Assembly: GCA_009602735.1 (NCBI GenBank)
Contig: WELA01002734.1
Span: forward strand, 1 to 64,000
From: Mesotaenium endlicherianum
Taxonomy: Eukaryota
Direction of reading: 5' to 3'
Length of the DNA: 64,000 nt
Part shown: positions 1 through 9,820 of the stretch, in pieces
How the letters are laid out: each line of letters begins with the position of its first letter
How positions within the stretch are numbered: the first letter of the stretch is position 1
Program-made: the position numbers and the translations under genes
Notes under the pieces: model-generated
What the model was told of the DNA's origin: nothing
Database searches by the model: none
What the model saw: only the letters and a program-made list of their open reading frames with translations

Positions 1-415
1 TTATTTTAAGGAACTATGGAAAGTGAAAGCTGCCCTGGCTTATTATAACCGGGTAAAGGATATTATAGAACGGCAGGTACAGATGGTAAACGAATACAAG
101 GGTGCCTGGGCTTTGTTTAAACAAGACAAGAATTTTACTTCTGAAGAACTGGATTATATGTATAATATCTATTCCGGCATGATGGATGAAAGCCTGAAAA
201 GTATTGACCAGTTGTTTTTAGTAGTGAATGCTTTCGCTACACAAATGAGTGATGCCAAACGGTTGGAAATTATTAATACTGTTTCTGACAATCTGGAACA
301 GCAATATGTTGACTTGAAAGATTTCAATAATCAGAATAAGATATTGAGTATACAACGGGCAAGCGAGCAGGGTGAAATTGAATATGTGAAAAGGCTATAT
401 GGGATTCAGAGGTAA
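1..415 (+). CDS. ICE conjugation protein, TraI/DUF4141 (VirB5/TrbJ-like) paralog 1, 5'-truncated by the window edge
   Basis: Frame is open from base 2 (YFKELWKV...); shares FTxxELDY and MSDxxRL motifs with 1119-1760 and 1757-2383. Confidence 0.7.
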   Translation, partial: YFKELWKVKAALAYYNRVKDIIERQVQMVNEYKGAWALFKQDKNFTSEELDYMYNIYSGMMDESLKSIDQLFLVVNAFATQMSDAKRLEIINTVSDNLEQQYVDLKDFNNQNKILSIQRASEQGEIEYVKRLYGIQR

Positions 416-442
416 TTTTTTACACAGTTTAGGTTGTGTGCA

Positions 443-462
443 ATTATTATTATTATTATTAT
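443..462. repeat. (ATT)6 microsatellite
   Basis: attattattattattattat, immediately after the GyrI-like stop codon. Confidence 0.8.
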
Positions 463-465
463 GAG

Positions 466-899
466 CTACTTTAAGGTCATTAAAAGTTCAGTTTCTAATT
501 TACTTTCATCCTTTGTCCAGTGTCCATAAATTTCGATATACGGTAATTCAACCTCAAATCCTTTCATTGCAAGTTGCTTCGTCATCATCTGACCTGATTG
601 TTTTATAAGATTGTATGGGCCTATGTGAAACGAGCATATTTTGACAATTTAATTTTCTTTTCTTCAAGCAAACTATTAGTCGGCTGATTAACTTCTAACT
701 CGATACCTGCAAAAACTTTGTCGTCGTTTTCATAAACCCAAATATTTTTTCCTTTATGTTTCAATTCTTGCGATTTTACACAATCCCACATTTTTCCGCT
801 TAGCTTAAAAGCAGTACTTGCATAATCCTTATTAAAAGCAATGCCTCCAAAACCATGAAGTTGTAAAAATAAAGTGTCAGTTATAATTTCAATATCCAT
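466..899 (-). pseudogene. GyrI-like small-molecule-binding protein, frameshifted
   Basis: ORF ends KYARFT* at 621; the shifted frame continues IGPYNLIKQSGQ...LPYIEIYGHWTKDESKLETELLMTLK* (TAG at 466-468), which completes GyrI-like (H)xGPY and EIY motifs. Confidence 0.75.
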
Positions 900-961
900 T
901 TCAGGCAATTAAAGGTGCAGAAAATACTTGTTTACCTCAACGCTTGGCGTAATAGTTTCTT

Positions 962-969
962 CAAATATA
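962..969 (-). promoter_or_regulatory. Bacteroidota -7 promoter element (TATATTTG) for the GyrI-like gene
   Basis: caaatata on the + strand matches TAnnTTTG, ~60 nt upstream of the ATG. Confidence 0.5.
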
Positions 970-1118
970 ACTTAACCATCATTATTAATTTATCCAAATG
1001 TGTTGCCTGGAATTTTAGAAGTATACCTGGGTAGCACAACGGCTATTACCCCATTCAATGATTATCTGGAAAGCTTTTTGAGCATGTTTTAGTCTTTAAT
1101 TAATTCAAAAGTAGGTAT

Positions 1119-1760
1119 ATGAAAGTATTGCTTCTGTCAATAACACTTTATCTTGTTGCTCACTCATCAAATGCCCAAACCTTTGATGAATGGTTCAATC
1201 AAAAGGCAACCCAAAAGAAATACCTGCTGCAACAAATTGCGGCCTTGCAGGTTTATCTTGGTTATGCCAAAAAGGGATATAATATTGCAACTAGCGGTAT
1301 TAATACTATCCGCAACATAAAAAACGGGGACTTCAACCTGCACCGGGATTTCTTTAACCGGCTAAAAAATGTAAATCCTGCCATCCGTCGTTATGCTAAA
1401 GTGGCGGATATAATTGCTTACCAGGCAAAAATCATCAAACAAACAAAAGTCACCCTTCAGCAAATAAGGGCAACCAAACAGTTTACTGAAGCTGAACTGG
1501 ATTATTGCAAACAGGTATTTGATACCCTTTTGGATGAATGTATAAAAACGGTGGAGGAACTAATACTGGTTACAACATCAGGTGAATTGGAAATGAAGGA
1601 TGATGAAAGGCTGAAACGGATTGACGGGTTGTATGCAGATGTACAGGATAAATATTCCTTTGCCTGTTCCTTTAGTGAAGATATGGGCTTGCTGGCCGTT
1701 CAACGCTTGGGAGAGCAAATGGAAATCAATCGTTCTAAACTTATAAATGGAATAAAATGA
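1119..1760 (+). CDS. ICE conjugation protein, TraI/VirB5-like paralog 2 (secreted)
   Basis: Signal peptide (SNA/Q); KQFTEAELDY and MKDDERLKRID motifs; precedes traJ. Confidence 0.7.
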   Translation: MKVLLLSITLYLVAHSSNAQTFDEWFNQKATQKKYLLQQIAALQVYLGYAKKGYNIATSGINTIRNIKNGDFNLHRDFFNRLKNVNPAIRRYAKVADIIAYQAKIIKQTKVTLQQIRATKQFTEAELDYCKQVFDTLLDECIKTVEELILVTTSGELEMKDDERLKRIDGLYADVQDKYSFACSFSEDMGLLAVQRLGEQMEINRSKLINGIK

Positions 1761-2383
1761 AAAAACTGTTTGTGGTTATGATTATGTGCGGCATGAGTTT
1801 TCAAATAAAAGCACAAAGCGAAGAAGTGCAGCAGCTGCTGTTGAATATTGAAAAGCTGGCGCAGTTTAAAAAGATTTTGCAAAACATGTATGATGGGTAT
1901 AAACTCCTGAATAAAGGATACACTGCAGTAAAGAACATATCGGAAGGTAATTTCAATATCCATAAAACTTTCTTAGATGCCTTAATGCAGGTGAGCCCTG
2001 CCGTAAAAAAGTATAAACGGGTTGCGGATATCATCAGTTATCAACTTCGGATAGCTAAAGAATATAAACTTGCCTTTAACCGCTTTAAAGAAGAAAAGCA
2101 GTTTACTACAGAAGAAATTGATTATCTCGGCAAAGTGTACAGCAACCTGTTTGCTGAGAGTTTAAAAAGCCTTGATGAACTTTCGATGGTCATTACATCT
2201 GGAAAGTTGCGTATGAGTGATGATGAACGGCTGCAGGCTATTGATAAGATTTACATGGTCGTTGAAGACCAGTATTCCTTCCTGAAAGATTTTACCAACA
2301 ATACAAATATGCTTTCCTTTCAACGTAAATCTGAACAGGCGCAGATTGAGATGTCCAGAAGACTGTATGGATTGAGTAGATAA
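1757..2383 (+). CDS. ICE conjugation protein, TraI/VirB5-like paralog 3 (often labelled TerB-family)
   Basis: Signal peptide (IKA/Q); KQFTTEEIDY and MSDDERLQAID; 4-nt overlap with the previous ORF. Confidence 0.7.
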   Translation: MKKLFVVMIMCGMSFQIKAQSEEVQQLLLNIEKLAQFKKILQNMYDGYKLLNKGYTAVKNISEGNFNIHKTFLDALMQVSPAVKKYKRVADIISYQLRIAKEYKLAFNRFKEEKQFTTEEIDYLGKVYSNLFAESLKSLDELSMVITSGKLRMSDDERLQAIDKIYMVVEDQYSFLKDFTNNTNMLSFQRKSEQAQIEMSRRLYGLSR

Positions 2384-2407
2384 AATAGTTTTTCCACTTT
2401 TAAAGTT

Positions 2408-3607
2408 GTGAGTATGAAAATGTGTGTAAGGGTTATCTGTATAGCAATTGTTGTGTTACTAATTCCGCATTTAGCAGAAGCCCAGGGAATGGCAAACAGA
2501 ATACGCAGCCTGCATGAAGTATTAGAAAAGCTGTATGATGATATGATGCCGCTCTGTAGCCGTTTAATTGGTGTGGGACGTGGTATTGCCGGCTTTGCTG
2601 CCACCTGGTATATTGCTGCAAGGGTTTGGGGGCATATATCAAGGGCAGAACCGGTGGATTTTTATCCGTTGTTCCGGCCATTCGTTTTGGGGTTTGCTGT
2701 ATTAATATTTCCGTCTGTTATTGCTATGATAAATGGAGTAATGAAGCCTACAGTTACTTCTACGGCAGCAATGGTAACAGATTCAGATAAAGCTGTCGCA
2801 CAATTGCTGAAAATGAAAGAGGAAGCTATCAAGAAAACCGCTTACTGGCAAATGTATGTTGGCCCCAATGGGTCAGGTGACCGGGATAAATGGTATAAAT
2901 ACCACTATGCTGATAAGAGAGAAGGCTGGCTTAAGAGCATTGGCAACGACATCAAATTTGCCTTTGCGAAATTCTCCTACAATTTCCGAAACTCAATTAA
3001 GCAATGGATGGCCGAAGTACTAAAAGTTCTCTTTGAGGCCGCAGCTCTTTGTATCAATACAATCCGGACGTTTTATTTAATTGTGCTGGCAATTCTTGGT
3101 CCATTGGTCTTTGGCATTGCTGTGTTCGATGGCTTTCAGCATACACTCACTGTTTGGATAGCCCGTTACCTCAACATCTTTTTGTGGTTACCCGTCGCCA
3201 ATATCTTTGGCGGTATTATGGGAAAGATTCAGGAAAACATGTTGAAGGAAGATTTGCAGCAGATAGCAACAAACGGTGATACTTTTTTTAGTACAACCGA
3301 CACGGCATATCTGATATTCATGATTATCGGCATCATTGGTTATTTCACTGTTCCATCGGTAGCTAATTATATTATTCATGCCGGTGGCGGCAATACACTC
3401 CTGTATAAAGTAACCAACATGATGAGCACTTCTACCCGTACTGTAGCTGCAGGCGGCGCCTCTATGACAAGGGATGCACTTGGCGGCGGCTATAATAAAA
3501 TTGCCAATAGCATGGCAGATGCCGGAGTGTCTGACGGGTATTTTAAAGGTGGAAATAATAATGGAGGAAGCGGATATATGAAAGATAGATTGAGTGGGAA
3601 AACATAG
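2408..3607 (+). CDS. traJ: Conjugative transposon protein TraJ (VirB6-like)
   Basis: EPVDFYPLFRPF, IRTFYLIVLAILGPLVFGIAVFDGF, WLPVANIF and GYFTVPSVANYII motifs; polytopic membrane protein. Confidence 0.92.
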   Translation: MSMKMCVRVICIAIVVLLIPHLAEAQGMANRIRSLHEVLEKLYDDMMPLCSRLIGVGRGIAGFAATWYIAARVWGHISRAEPVDFYPLFRPFVLGFAVLIFPSVIAMINGVMKPTVTSTAAMVTDSDKAVAQLLKMKEEAIKKTAYWQMYVGPNGSGDRDKWYKYHYADKREGWLKSIGNDIKFAFAKFSYNFRNSIKQWMAEVLKVLFEAAALCINTIRTFYLIVLAILGPLVFGIAVFDGFQHTLTVWIARYLNIFLWLPVANIFGGIMGKIQENMLKEDLQQIATNGDTFFSTTDTAYLIFMIIGIIGYFTVPSVANYIIHAGGGNTLLYKVTNMMSTSTRTVAAGGASMTRDALGGGYNKIANSMADAGVSDGYFKGGNNNGGSGYMKDRLSGKT

Positions 3608-3694
3608 ATAGTCCTACCGTCACTACCTATCAAAAAGTTGTATTGGAATCTAATTTGTATTGTTTACTTCAGGTGCGTTGGAAAAATGTGAGTG

Positions 3695-4312
3695 ATGTTT
3701 CAAAAAACAAAAAATATAGACACTGCTTTTAGGTACATCCGGCTATTCAGCGTGGCGTTCTTAGCCGCCTGTGTTATTATATCCCTTTTTATTGCTTACA
3801 AAAGCTATCAGCTTACTTCCCAATCTCAAAACAAAGTTTTTATATTGGCAAATGGCAAAGCATTGGAAGCCTATGCAGCAGACAGGAAAGATAATATCCC
3901 CGTTGAGGCAAGAGACCATGTAAAAATGTTTCATCATTATTTTTTCACTCTCGACCCGGATGATAAGGTAATTCAGTCCAATATTACAAAAGCATTATAC
4001 CTGGCAGATAACTCTGCAAAACAGCAGTACGACAACCTGAAAGAGAATGGCTACTATTCCAATCTTATTTCAGGCAACATTAGCCAGGAAATTGCAGTTG
4101 ATAGTATCATCATTAATACAGATGTGTATCCCTTCTATTTCAGGTATAAAGGGGAACAGAAAATTATTCGTCCTACCACAATTGTAACCAGGAACCTGAT
4201 TACCGAAGGTTATTTAAGAAACGTATCCCGTAGTGATAATAATTCACATGGTTTTTTAATTGAGAAATGGCGAACGCTGGAGAATACTGACATCAACATT
4301 CAAAACCGGTAA
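3695..4312 (+). CDS. traK: Conjugative transposon protein TraK (VirB8-like)
   Basis: KNIDTAF, EARDHVKMFHHYFFTLDPD, RSDNNSHGFLIEKW. Confidence 0.93.
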   Translation: MFQKTKNIDTAFRYIRLFSVAFLAACVIISLFIAYKSYQLTSQSQNKVFILANGKALEAYAADRKDNIPVEARDHVKMFHHYFFTLDPDDKVIQSNITKALYLADNSAKQQYDNLKENGYYSNLISGNISQEIAVDSIIINTDVYPFYFRYKGEQKIIRPTTIVTRNLITEGYLRNVSRSDNNSHGFLIEKWRTLENTDINIQNR

Positions 4313-4313
4313 T

Positions 4314-4811
4314 ATGTGGCTGTACAAAAGAAAGCAAAAAGATAAAGAGACCGGAAACAAAATAACTGTTTCTGATAAGGTGGCTGGAAAGATTGCAGGA
4401 TTTGGTATCAAGCTACAACAACTATTTGCCGAAAAGATGAACAGGGTTTTTATGAAAACAGATTTTAAACGACTAAAACTAATACTTATACTTTTCTGCA
4501 TTTCCGCAGGAGGTTACAGTATCTACCTGGTTGCAAACAGCATCATTAGTCCCGACAACAGCCAAAAGGATTTTGAAATACAGCAGATGGATGTACCAAA
4601 ACACTTTAACAAAACCGGTGATGAAGAACTGGCGCCAGAAGCCTATGTGGATGAAGAAACCTGGCTGCAAATAAAACAGTTCAGAAACTATATGGACAGC
4701 CTGAAGCAAAAAGCAAGGAATGAATACGACAGCATCCTGCAGGCCCGGCCTGGTTTGATGGACAGTGTGCAGATGCTGGAGCAAATTTATTTATCACAAA
4801 AACAAAAATGA
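4314..4811 (+). CDS. ICE membrane protein in the traL position
   Basis: Single TM segment; lies between traK and traM; ARPGLMDS motif; ATG at 4314 two bases after the traK stop. Confidence 0.6.
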   Translation: MWLYKRKQKDKETGNKITVSDKVAGKIAGFGIKLQQLFAEKMNRVFMKTDFKRLKLILILFCISAGGYSIYLVANSIISPDNSQKDFEIQQMDVPKHFNKTGDEELAPEAYVDEETWLQIKQFRNYMDSLKQKARNEYDSILQARPGLMDSVQMLEQIYLSQKQK

Positions 4812-6094
4812 AGTGTATGAGTACTGTGCAGAGGTCGCAGGCCTTCCTGCGTAAACGGAAAATGATGCTGGTGTTGCCTTTATTGGTAATACCATTTCTT
4901 ACAATGGCATTTTGGGCATTGGGTGGTGGTCAGGGAAAGGAACAGGCCACTATAGTAAAGCAGCAAGGTTTAAACTTAAATCTCCCTGATGCTAAAATGA
5001 AAGATGAGAACTTAACAGACAAACTAAGCTTTTATGATAAGGCTGACAAAGACTCGGCCAAACTGGAAGAATGGATGAGGACAGATCCGTATTACAAACA
5101 ACATGAAGACACATCGCTATTGCCGGTAAACGAATTAGAAGTACTCACCCAAAACTCAGCCTCTAAATACAACCAGCGGTTAAATTCTTCACCGTATGAA
5201 ACATCTTCAAATAATCCCGAACAAAAATTAATGCAAAAATTAGCATTGCTGCAAAAGGAAATCAACAAACAACCGGAAGTATCAGTCAATGAAAACACAA
5301 ATGCAACCAGTTTCAAACAAGAGGAAGAATTTTCCGGCGAAGTGAATAGGTTAGAAAACATGTTGCTCACAATGAATAAAACAAATAGCGGTGACCCGGA
5401 GATGGACCAACTCAATGGAACATTGGAAAAAATACTGGATATCCAGCATCCGCAAAGGATAAGGGAAAAACTAAAGGAGAAATCATTACAACATAAGCAG
5501 GTGGTTTACGCTATAACTACAATGCCTGCATTGGCAAGTGTTTCGTTGATGGACACAAGCAAAATCACAACAAGTAGAGCAAACAAATTCTATAGCATGG
5601 ACTATGATAAATCAATGGCTGAGGAAGGACGGGCAATTGAAGCAATTGTACATAGTAATCAAGTGTTGGTAAATGGCGCAGTTATTCAGCTAAGGCTTTC
5701 AACAGACATTTTCATCAATGGTATTTTAATTCCCAAAGGAAATCCTATAAATGGTACTGCGTCACTGAATAATGAGAGGCTTGAAGTAGGAATAAGCTCT
5801 ATTCGTTATAAAAACATTTTATTCCCTGTAAAATTGGAATTATATGATATGGACGGTTTACCAGGTATCTATATTCCAGGTTCCATTAGCCGGGATGTGG
5901 CAAAGAACTCTGCCGATAATAGTCTGCAACTGATGGAACTTACCACTCTTGACCCCTCTTTAAAGGCACAGGCCGCCGCTGCCGGTATCAACACGGTAAA
6001 AAGTTTAATGAGCCGGAAAGTAAAACAGGTAAAAGTTATGGTTAAAGAAGGTTACAAAGTTTTACTGAAGGACAAGAATACCGAATCTGATTAA
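4808..6094 (+). CDS. traM: Conjugative transposon protein TraM (VirB10-like)
   Basis: N-terminal TM, LNLNLPDA, YDMDGLPGIYIPGS, KVKQVKVMVKEGY. Confidence 0.92.
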   Translation: MKCMSTVQRSQAFLRKRKMMLVLPLLVIPFLTMAFWALGGGQGKEQATIVKQQGLNLNLPDAKMKDENLTDKLSFYDKADKDSAKLEEWMRTDPYYKQHEDTSLLPVNELEVLTQNSASKYNQRLNSSPYETSSNNPEQKLMQKLALLQKEINKQPEVSVNENTNATSFKQEEEFSGEVNRLENMLLTMNKTNSGDPEMDQLNGTLEKILDIQHPQRIREKLKEKSLQHKQVVYAITTMPALASVSLMDTSKITTSRANKFYSMDYDKSMAEEGRAIEAIVHSNQVLVNGAVIQLRLSTDIFINGILIPKGNPINGTASLNNERLEVGISSIRYKNILFPVKLELYDMDGLPGIYIPGSISRDVAKNSADNSLQLMELTTLDPSLKAQAAAAGINTVKSLMSRKVKQVKVMVKEGYKVLLKDKNTESD

Positions 6095-6116
6095 TAACCA
6101 AATAAATTTAAAAAAG

Positions 6117-6881
6117 ATGAAACGATTAGGGTGTATGATTTGTGCAGTGTGGGTATTCGTTTCTGCTGAGGCACAAACAAAACTAAGTATCACAACAGAT
6201 AAAACCACAAGCCTTGTATTTCCGTTTGCTATTAAACATGTTGACAGGGGCACTTCCTCAGTTTTGGCTCAGCAGGTAAAAGAGGCACCGGAAATTCTAT
6301 TAGTAAAAGCAGCCGAAAAAGATTTTACAGAAACAAACCTGAGTGTTGTTACAGATGACGGCAGCGTATATGCCTTTACGGTCACCTACGATTACAAGCC
6401 TTCGGTGTGGGTGCTTTATCTGCCTGTAAACAGAACTGCCACCATCAGCTCTTATGCAAACATGATTATGGATAATGGACGAACCGTAAAAAAAATAAAG
6501 GACAAAAAGTATAACATGAAGGCAGGTGTGAAAGGTATATACATCAAGGACAATACAATTTACTTTCAGGTATATATCAACAATGGTGGAACTGTTGATT
6601 ATGATGTGGACCTTCTTCGCTTTTTTATTAAGGACAAGAAAAGAAGTAAAAGAACTGCCGTGCAGGAATCAGAACAAAAACCACTCCACATAACTGGTAA
6701 TTATAGTAAAGTGAAAGGGGGCAACAGCACAGTATTTGTGGCGGCACTTGAAAAGTTTACTGTTCCTGATAAAAAGTATCTGGCAGTACAGATTACAGAG
6801 AAGAATGGCGGCAGGCACTTTTTATTTAAGATTCGTAATAAGGATATAATGAAAGCCAGGGTATTGCCGGCCTTAAAATGA
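6117..6881 (+). CDS. traN: Conjugative transposon protein TraN (DUF4138, VirB9-like)
   Basis: Signal peptide; KTTSLVFP, VDRG, ETNLSVVT, KFTVPDKK, EKNGGRH. Confidence 0.9.
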   Translation: MKRLGCMICAVWVFVSAEAQTKLSITTDKTTSLVFPFAIKHVDRGTSSVLAQQVKEAPEILLVKAAEKDFTETNLSVVTDDGSVYAFTVTYDYKPSVWVLYLPVNRTATISSYANMIMDNGRTVKKIKDKKYNMKAGVKGIYIKDNTIYFQVYINNGGTVDYDVDLLRFFIKDKKRSKRTAVQESEQKPLHITGNYSKVKGGNSTVFVAALEKFTVPDKKYLAVQITEKNGGRHFLFKIRNKDIMKARVLPALK

Positions 6882-6885
6882 CACA

Positions 6886-8685
6886 ATGTCACAGCAGAAC
6901 CTTAAAACCTTGAAGGAGCAGTTAGACAGGCTTGGCTTTCCAAGCACTGTTAATCAGGTAGAAGAGTATATTAAAGCAGGTAATGAAAAATTTAAAGCAT
7001 ACATGTTTATAAAGAGTAGAAATGACCACTTGATGTACACACTCGATTTTGAAAAGAGTAATAACGAATGGAGATTTAATGGTTATAACCTGGTTAAAAC
7101 ATCTATTGCGTTACAGAAAGCGATGGTAGCGGGGATTGACACTGAAGAATTAGAAAGAAGATTTGCAAGAGCTGATAGCATATACAACAACTATTACTCT
7201 GGGATAATTAGTAAAAATGATGCATCATTTCTGCAAAAACTGGAAGCTGACCTAATGAAAGTTTTTACTGCCAGTACCAAAGGGATGGATTTAGCATCTC
7301 TACTGATGATTAAGCATTGGCCCGAAAGTATGTACACTAAGTACTTAAAGGCAGGGAACAAGTTAAAAGCAAAATACGAATCATCACTTAAAGTTACTGA
7401 GGCAAGCGGGGGCTTGCTACATGCAAAAGAAGCATATAAAAGGCTTAAAGAAACTAAACGAATGAATAGAGAACATCCCATAGCTGATGAGGTACTTGAC
7501 CTGGTGAATATTGCTCTGTCAAAAGGCGAGCATTATTTGGCGTACAATAACAGTCTTTATTTTATTGACAAAGAGGATATTCATTTTTTCAATACAAAAG
7601 AAGAAGCAACTGAGTTTTCAATAAATAATATCAGTGACCGGGACAACTTTGCGGTTCTGCATTTTAAATCAATCAAGGATATTCTTGAACATATTCCATA
7701 CGCTGAGAGTATAAGTCGCCATTTGAATCCCGATGCAAATGGTTTATATAATAAAGAAGGCAATGCCTTTACCGATGCATTGATTGACCATTTTGAATCA
7801 CAACAACAATCATTATTCGATAAACAATTAAAAACAAATTTTATGAACAATGAAAATCTTCAGTATTTGACGGATAACATCAAATACATGGGCTTTGGTG
7901 AAACACTTAAAGCCGATTTGGAAAAGAACATGAGTGAAGGCAAGGGTGAATTTCAACTGCACTTTAAAGCAGAAATCAATAAGAAGCCTTTCGAAGCCAC
8001 ACTCAATTTCCGTAAATCGGATTCTACGGACATGTACTTCTTCAACAATTACTATGCTTCATTAGAAAAAAGTAATGGTGAAAAGAATGAGCAAACTTTC
8101 TACCTCAACAAGGGCAAGGGAGTAACGGCAAAAGAAGCCTACAACCTGCTGGATGGCCGTGCCGTTCATAAAGACCTTACCACTAAAGAAGGCCAGCCGT
8201 ACAAAGCATGGATTCAGCTTGACTTTGAAAACAAGGACAAGAATAACAATTTTGAGGTAAGACAATTCCATGAAAATTATGGCTATGATTTGAAAGCGGC
8301 AGTTGAAAAATTTGCAGTGGCGGAATTAAACGACCCGGATAAAGCAAAGGCGCTGATGCAATCACTGGAAAAAGGGAATGTGCAATCTGTAACCATTGAA
8401 AAAGACGGCAGCAGCCACAAAATGTTTATGGAAGCCGACCCACAGTATAAGAAAGTAACGCTGTACGATTCAAATATGAAAATGGTGGCTAAAGAATCGT
8501 TGGAGCAATACAAATCCGGAATAGATAAAGGCAGCAAGGAAGTAAAGGAAGGTCAGGAGAATGATAAAAAAAAAGATTTGAAGCCAGCAACTAAAACTGA
8601 AAAGGAAAAGCAGGAAAAAAAGAACGGACAAAGCCTGCTGCCTAAAAAGAGAGAAAGTAAAGGCAAAGGTTTAGGGGTGTCGTAG
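6886..8685 (+). CDS. ICE conserved hypothetical protein with two copies of an unknown module; possible internal start at 7843
   Basis: 599-aa ORF coupled to traN; internal repeat NLxxLxxxLxxxGF...(T/H)AKEAY; basic C-terminal tail. Confidence 0.75.
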   Translation: MSQQNLKTLKEQLDRLGFPSTVNQVEEYIKAGNEKFKAYMFIKSRNDHLMYTLDFEKSNNEWRFNGYNLVKTSIALQKAMVAGIDTEELERRFARADSIYNNYYSGIISKNDASFLQKLEADLMKVFTASTKGMDLASLLMIKHWPESMYTKYLKAGNKLKAKYESSLKVTEASGGLLHAKEAYKRLKETKRMNREHPIADEVLDLVNIALSKGEHYLAYNNSLYFIDKEDIHFFNTKEEATEFSINNISDRDNFAVLHFKSIKDILEHIPYAESISRHLNPDANGLYNKEGNAFTDALIDHFESQQQSLFDKQLKTNFMNNENLQYLTDNIKYMGFGETLKADLEKNMSEGKGEFQLHFKAEINKKPFEATLNFRKSDSTDMYFFNNYYASLEKSNGEKNEQTFYLNKGKGVTAKEAYNLLDGRAVHKDLTTKEGQPYKAWIQLDFENKDKNNNFEVRQFHENYGYDLKAAVEKFAVAELNDPDKAKALMQSLEKGNVQSVTIEKDGSSHKMFMEADPQYKKVTLYDSNMKMVAKESLEQYKSGIDKGSKEVKEGQENDKKKDLKPATKTEKEKQEKKNGQSLLPKKRESKGKGLGVS

Positions 8686-8699
8686 TGCATCCCTAAACC
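8668..8699 (+). terminator. Stem-loop spanning the stop codon of 6886-8685 (terminator or attenuator)
   Basis: GGTTTAGGGGTG...CATCCCTAAACC inverted repeat followed by ATTTT. Confidence 0.55.
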
Positions 8700-8726
8700 A
8701 TTTTGGTAATCACCAAATGTTGAACA

Positions 8727-9482
8727 ATGGATATTCAAAATATATCGGCACTTGTTAATCAGTTACAGGCACTCGGTTTTCAGGATACAGGCAGCTTGTT
8801 ACTAAAACGTATCTGTTTTAAGCCAGATAATTTTTATTTGCTTCAAAGAGTAAATAAGAATAAAGAAGTACTGCTGTTCAGTTTATATTTTGAACGACGG
8901 CAAAAAACCGACCACTATACACTGCAATACTATGATGTAACGCTGCAAAAAGAGAGCGGTGCTTCGGCTTCGCCTGTAGATGGAATCAATCCTGTGGATT
9001 TAGAAAAACAGATGGCAGCTGTTGATTGGAAAAGAGCCTTTAGCCTGGATGAAAAGAAACACTGGAACCCTGATGATAAAGCAACATGGGAAACCGAATT
9101 GAAAATTTCAAGTATCATTGAAAATCTTTCCGTTCTTGAAAAATCAGAACAGGGAAAAGCCATTGCTTCATCTTTGAAACAAAAGTTCTGGACAGGTACA
9201 TTGCACCATGAAATAGTTGGCTCAATCACTTCCGTTAAAAATAAAGCAGACGTTAACCAGCGGTTCTACATTGCTGAAGATGGCGGCGGCATAACAACAG
9301 ATGAAGCTTACCGCTTTTTGCAAAACAAATGGATGGAAAAGCAGTTGCAGTTTAAAAGAAAGCAAGCTGATAATGAAGTTGACTCAACTGATGAAGAACC
9401 CAATGGTACATCAAGTAGTGGATTACTGAAGAAAAAACGAATTGCAGGCAGAGGCAAACGAAACAGAGTTAGTCAGGATTAA
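8727..9482 (+). CDS. ICE hypothetical protein, paralog of the module in 6886-8685
   Basis: MDIQNISALVNQLQALGF...GGGITTDEAY; basic C-terminal tail. Confidence 0.75.
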   Translation: MDIQNISALVNQLQALGFQDTGSLLLKRICFKPDNFYLLQRVNKNKEVLLFSLYFERRQKTDHYTLQYYDVTLQKESGASASPVDGINPVDLEKQMAAVDWKRAFSLDEKKHWNPDDKATWETELKISSIIENLSVLEKSEQGKAIASSLKQKFWTGTLHHEIVGSITSVKNKADVNQRFYIAEDGGGITTDEAYRFLQNKWMEKQLQFKRKQADNEVDSTDEEPNGTSSSGLLKKKRIAGRGKRNRVSQD

Positions 9483-9487
9483 ACTGT

Positions 9488-9787
9488 ATGGAGCTGTTCC
9501 CGCCATTATCAGTTTTTTACAAAGCCATTGCAGATGATGCAAGAATCGGCAGCACTCATATCAGTATTTATATGGCTTTACTACAACAATGGAATATTAA
9601 TGGTGGGAGTAATCCTGTGAAAATAGAAAGAGACGTAATTATGAATGCTGCTAAAGTAAATGCCCGGCAGACATATAACAAATGTATCAATGAGTTGCAG
9701 GAATATGGTTATATAATTTATGAGCCATGCTCCAATCAGTTTGAGGCAAGTGTGATTCACTTGAAAAATGTGGAAATGAAAACTTAA
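9488..9787 (+). CDS. Winged helix-turn-helix DNA-binding protein (ICE regulator)
   Basis: HISIYMALLQQW and TYNKCINELQEYGYIIYEP, a pattern typical of Bacteroidota ICE wHTH proteins. Confidence 0.75.
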   Translation: MELFPPLSVFYKAIADDARIGSTHISIYMALLQQWNINGGSNPVKIERDVIMNAAKVNARQTYNKCINELQEYGYIIYEPCSNQFEASVIHLKNVEMKT

Positions 9788-9820
9788 TAATAAACCAATT
9801 TCAATAGAGGGAGGTGTGAT

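Noticed and set aside
1119..2383. Tellurite resistance locus
   Set aside because: The proteins have signal peptides and sit in the tra operon; no other ter genes are present
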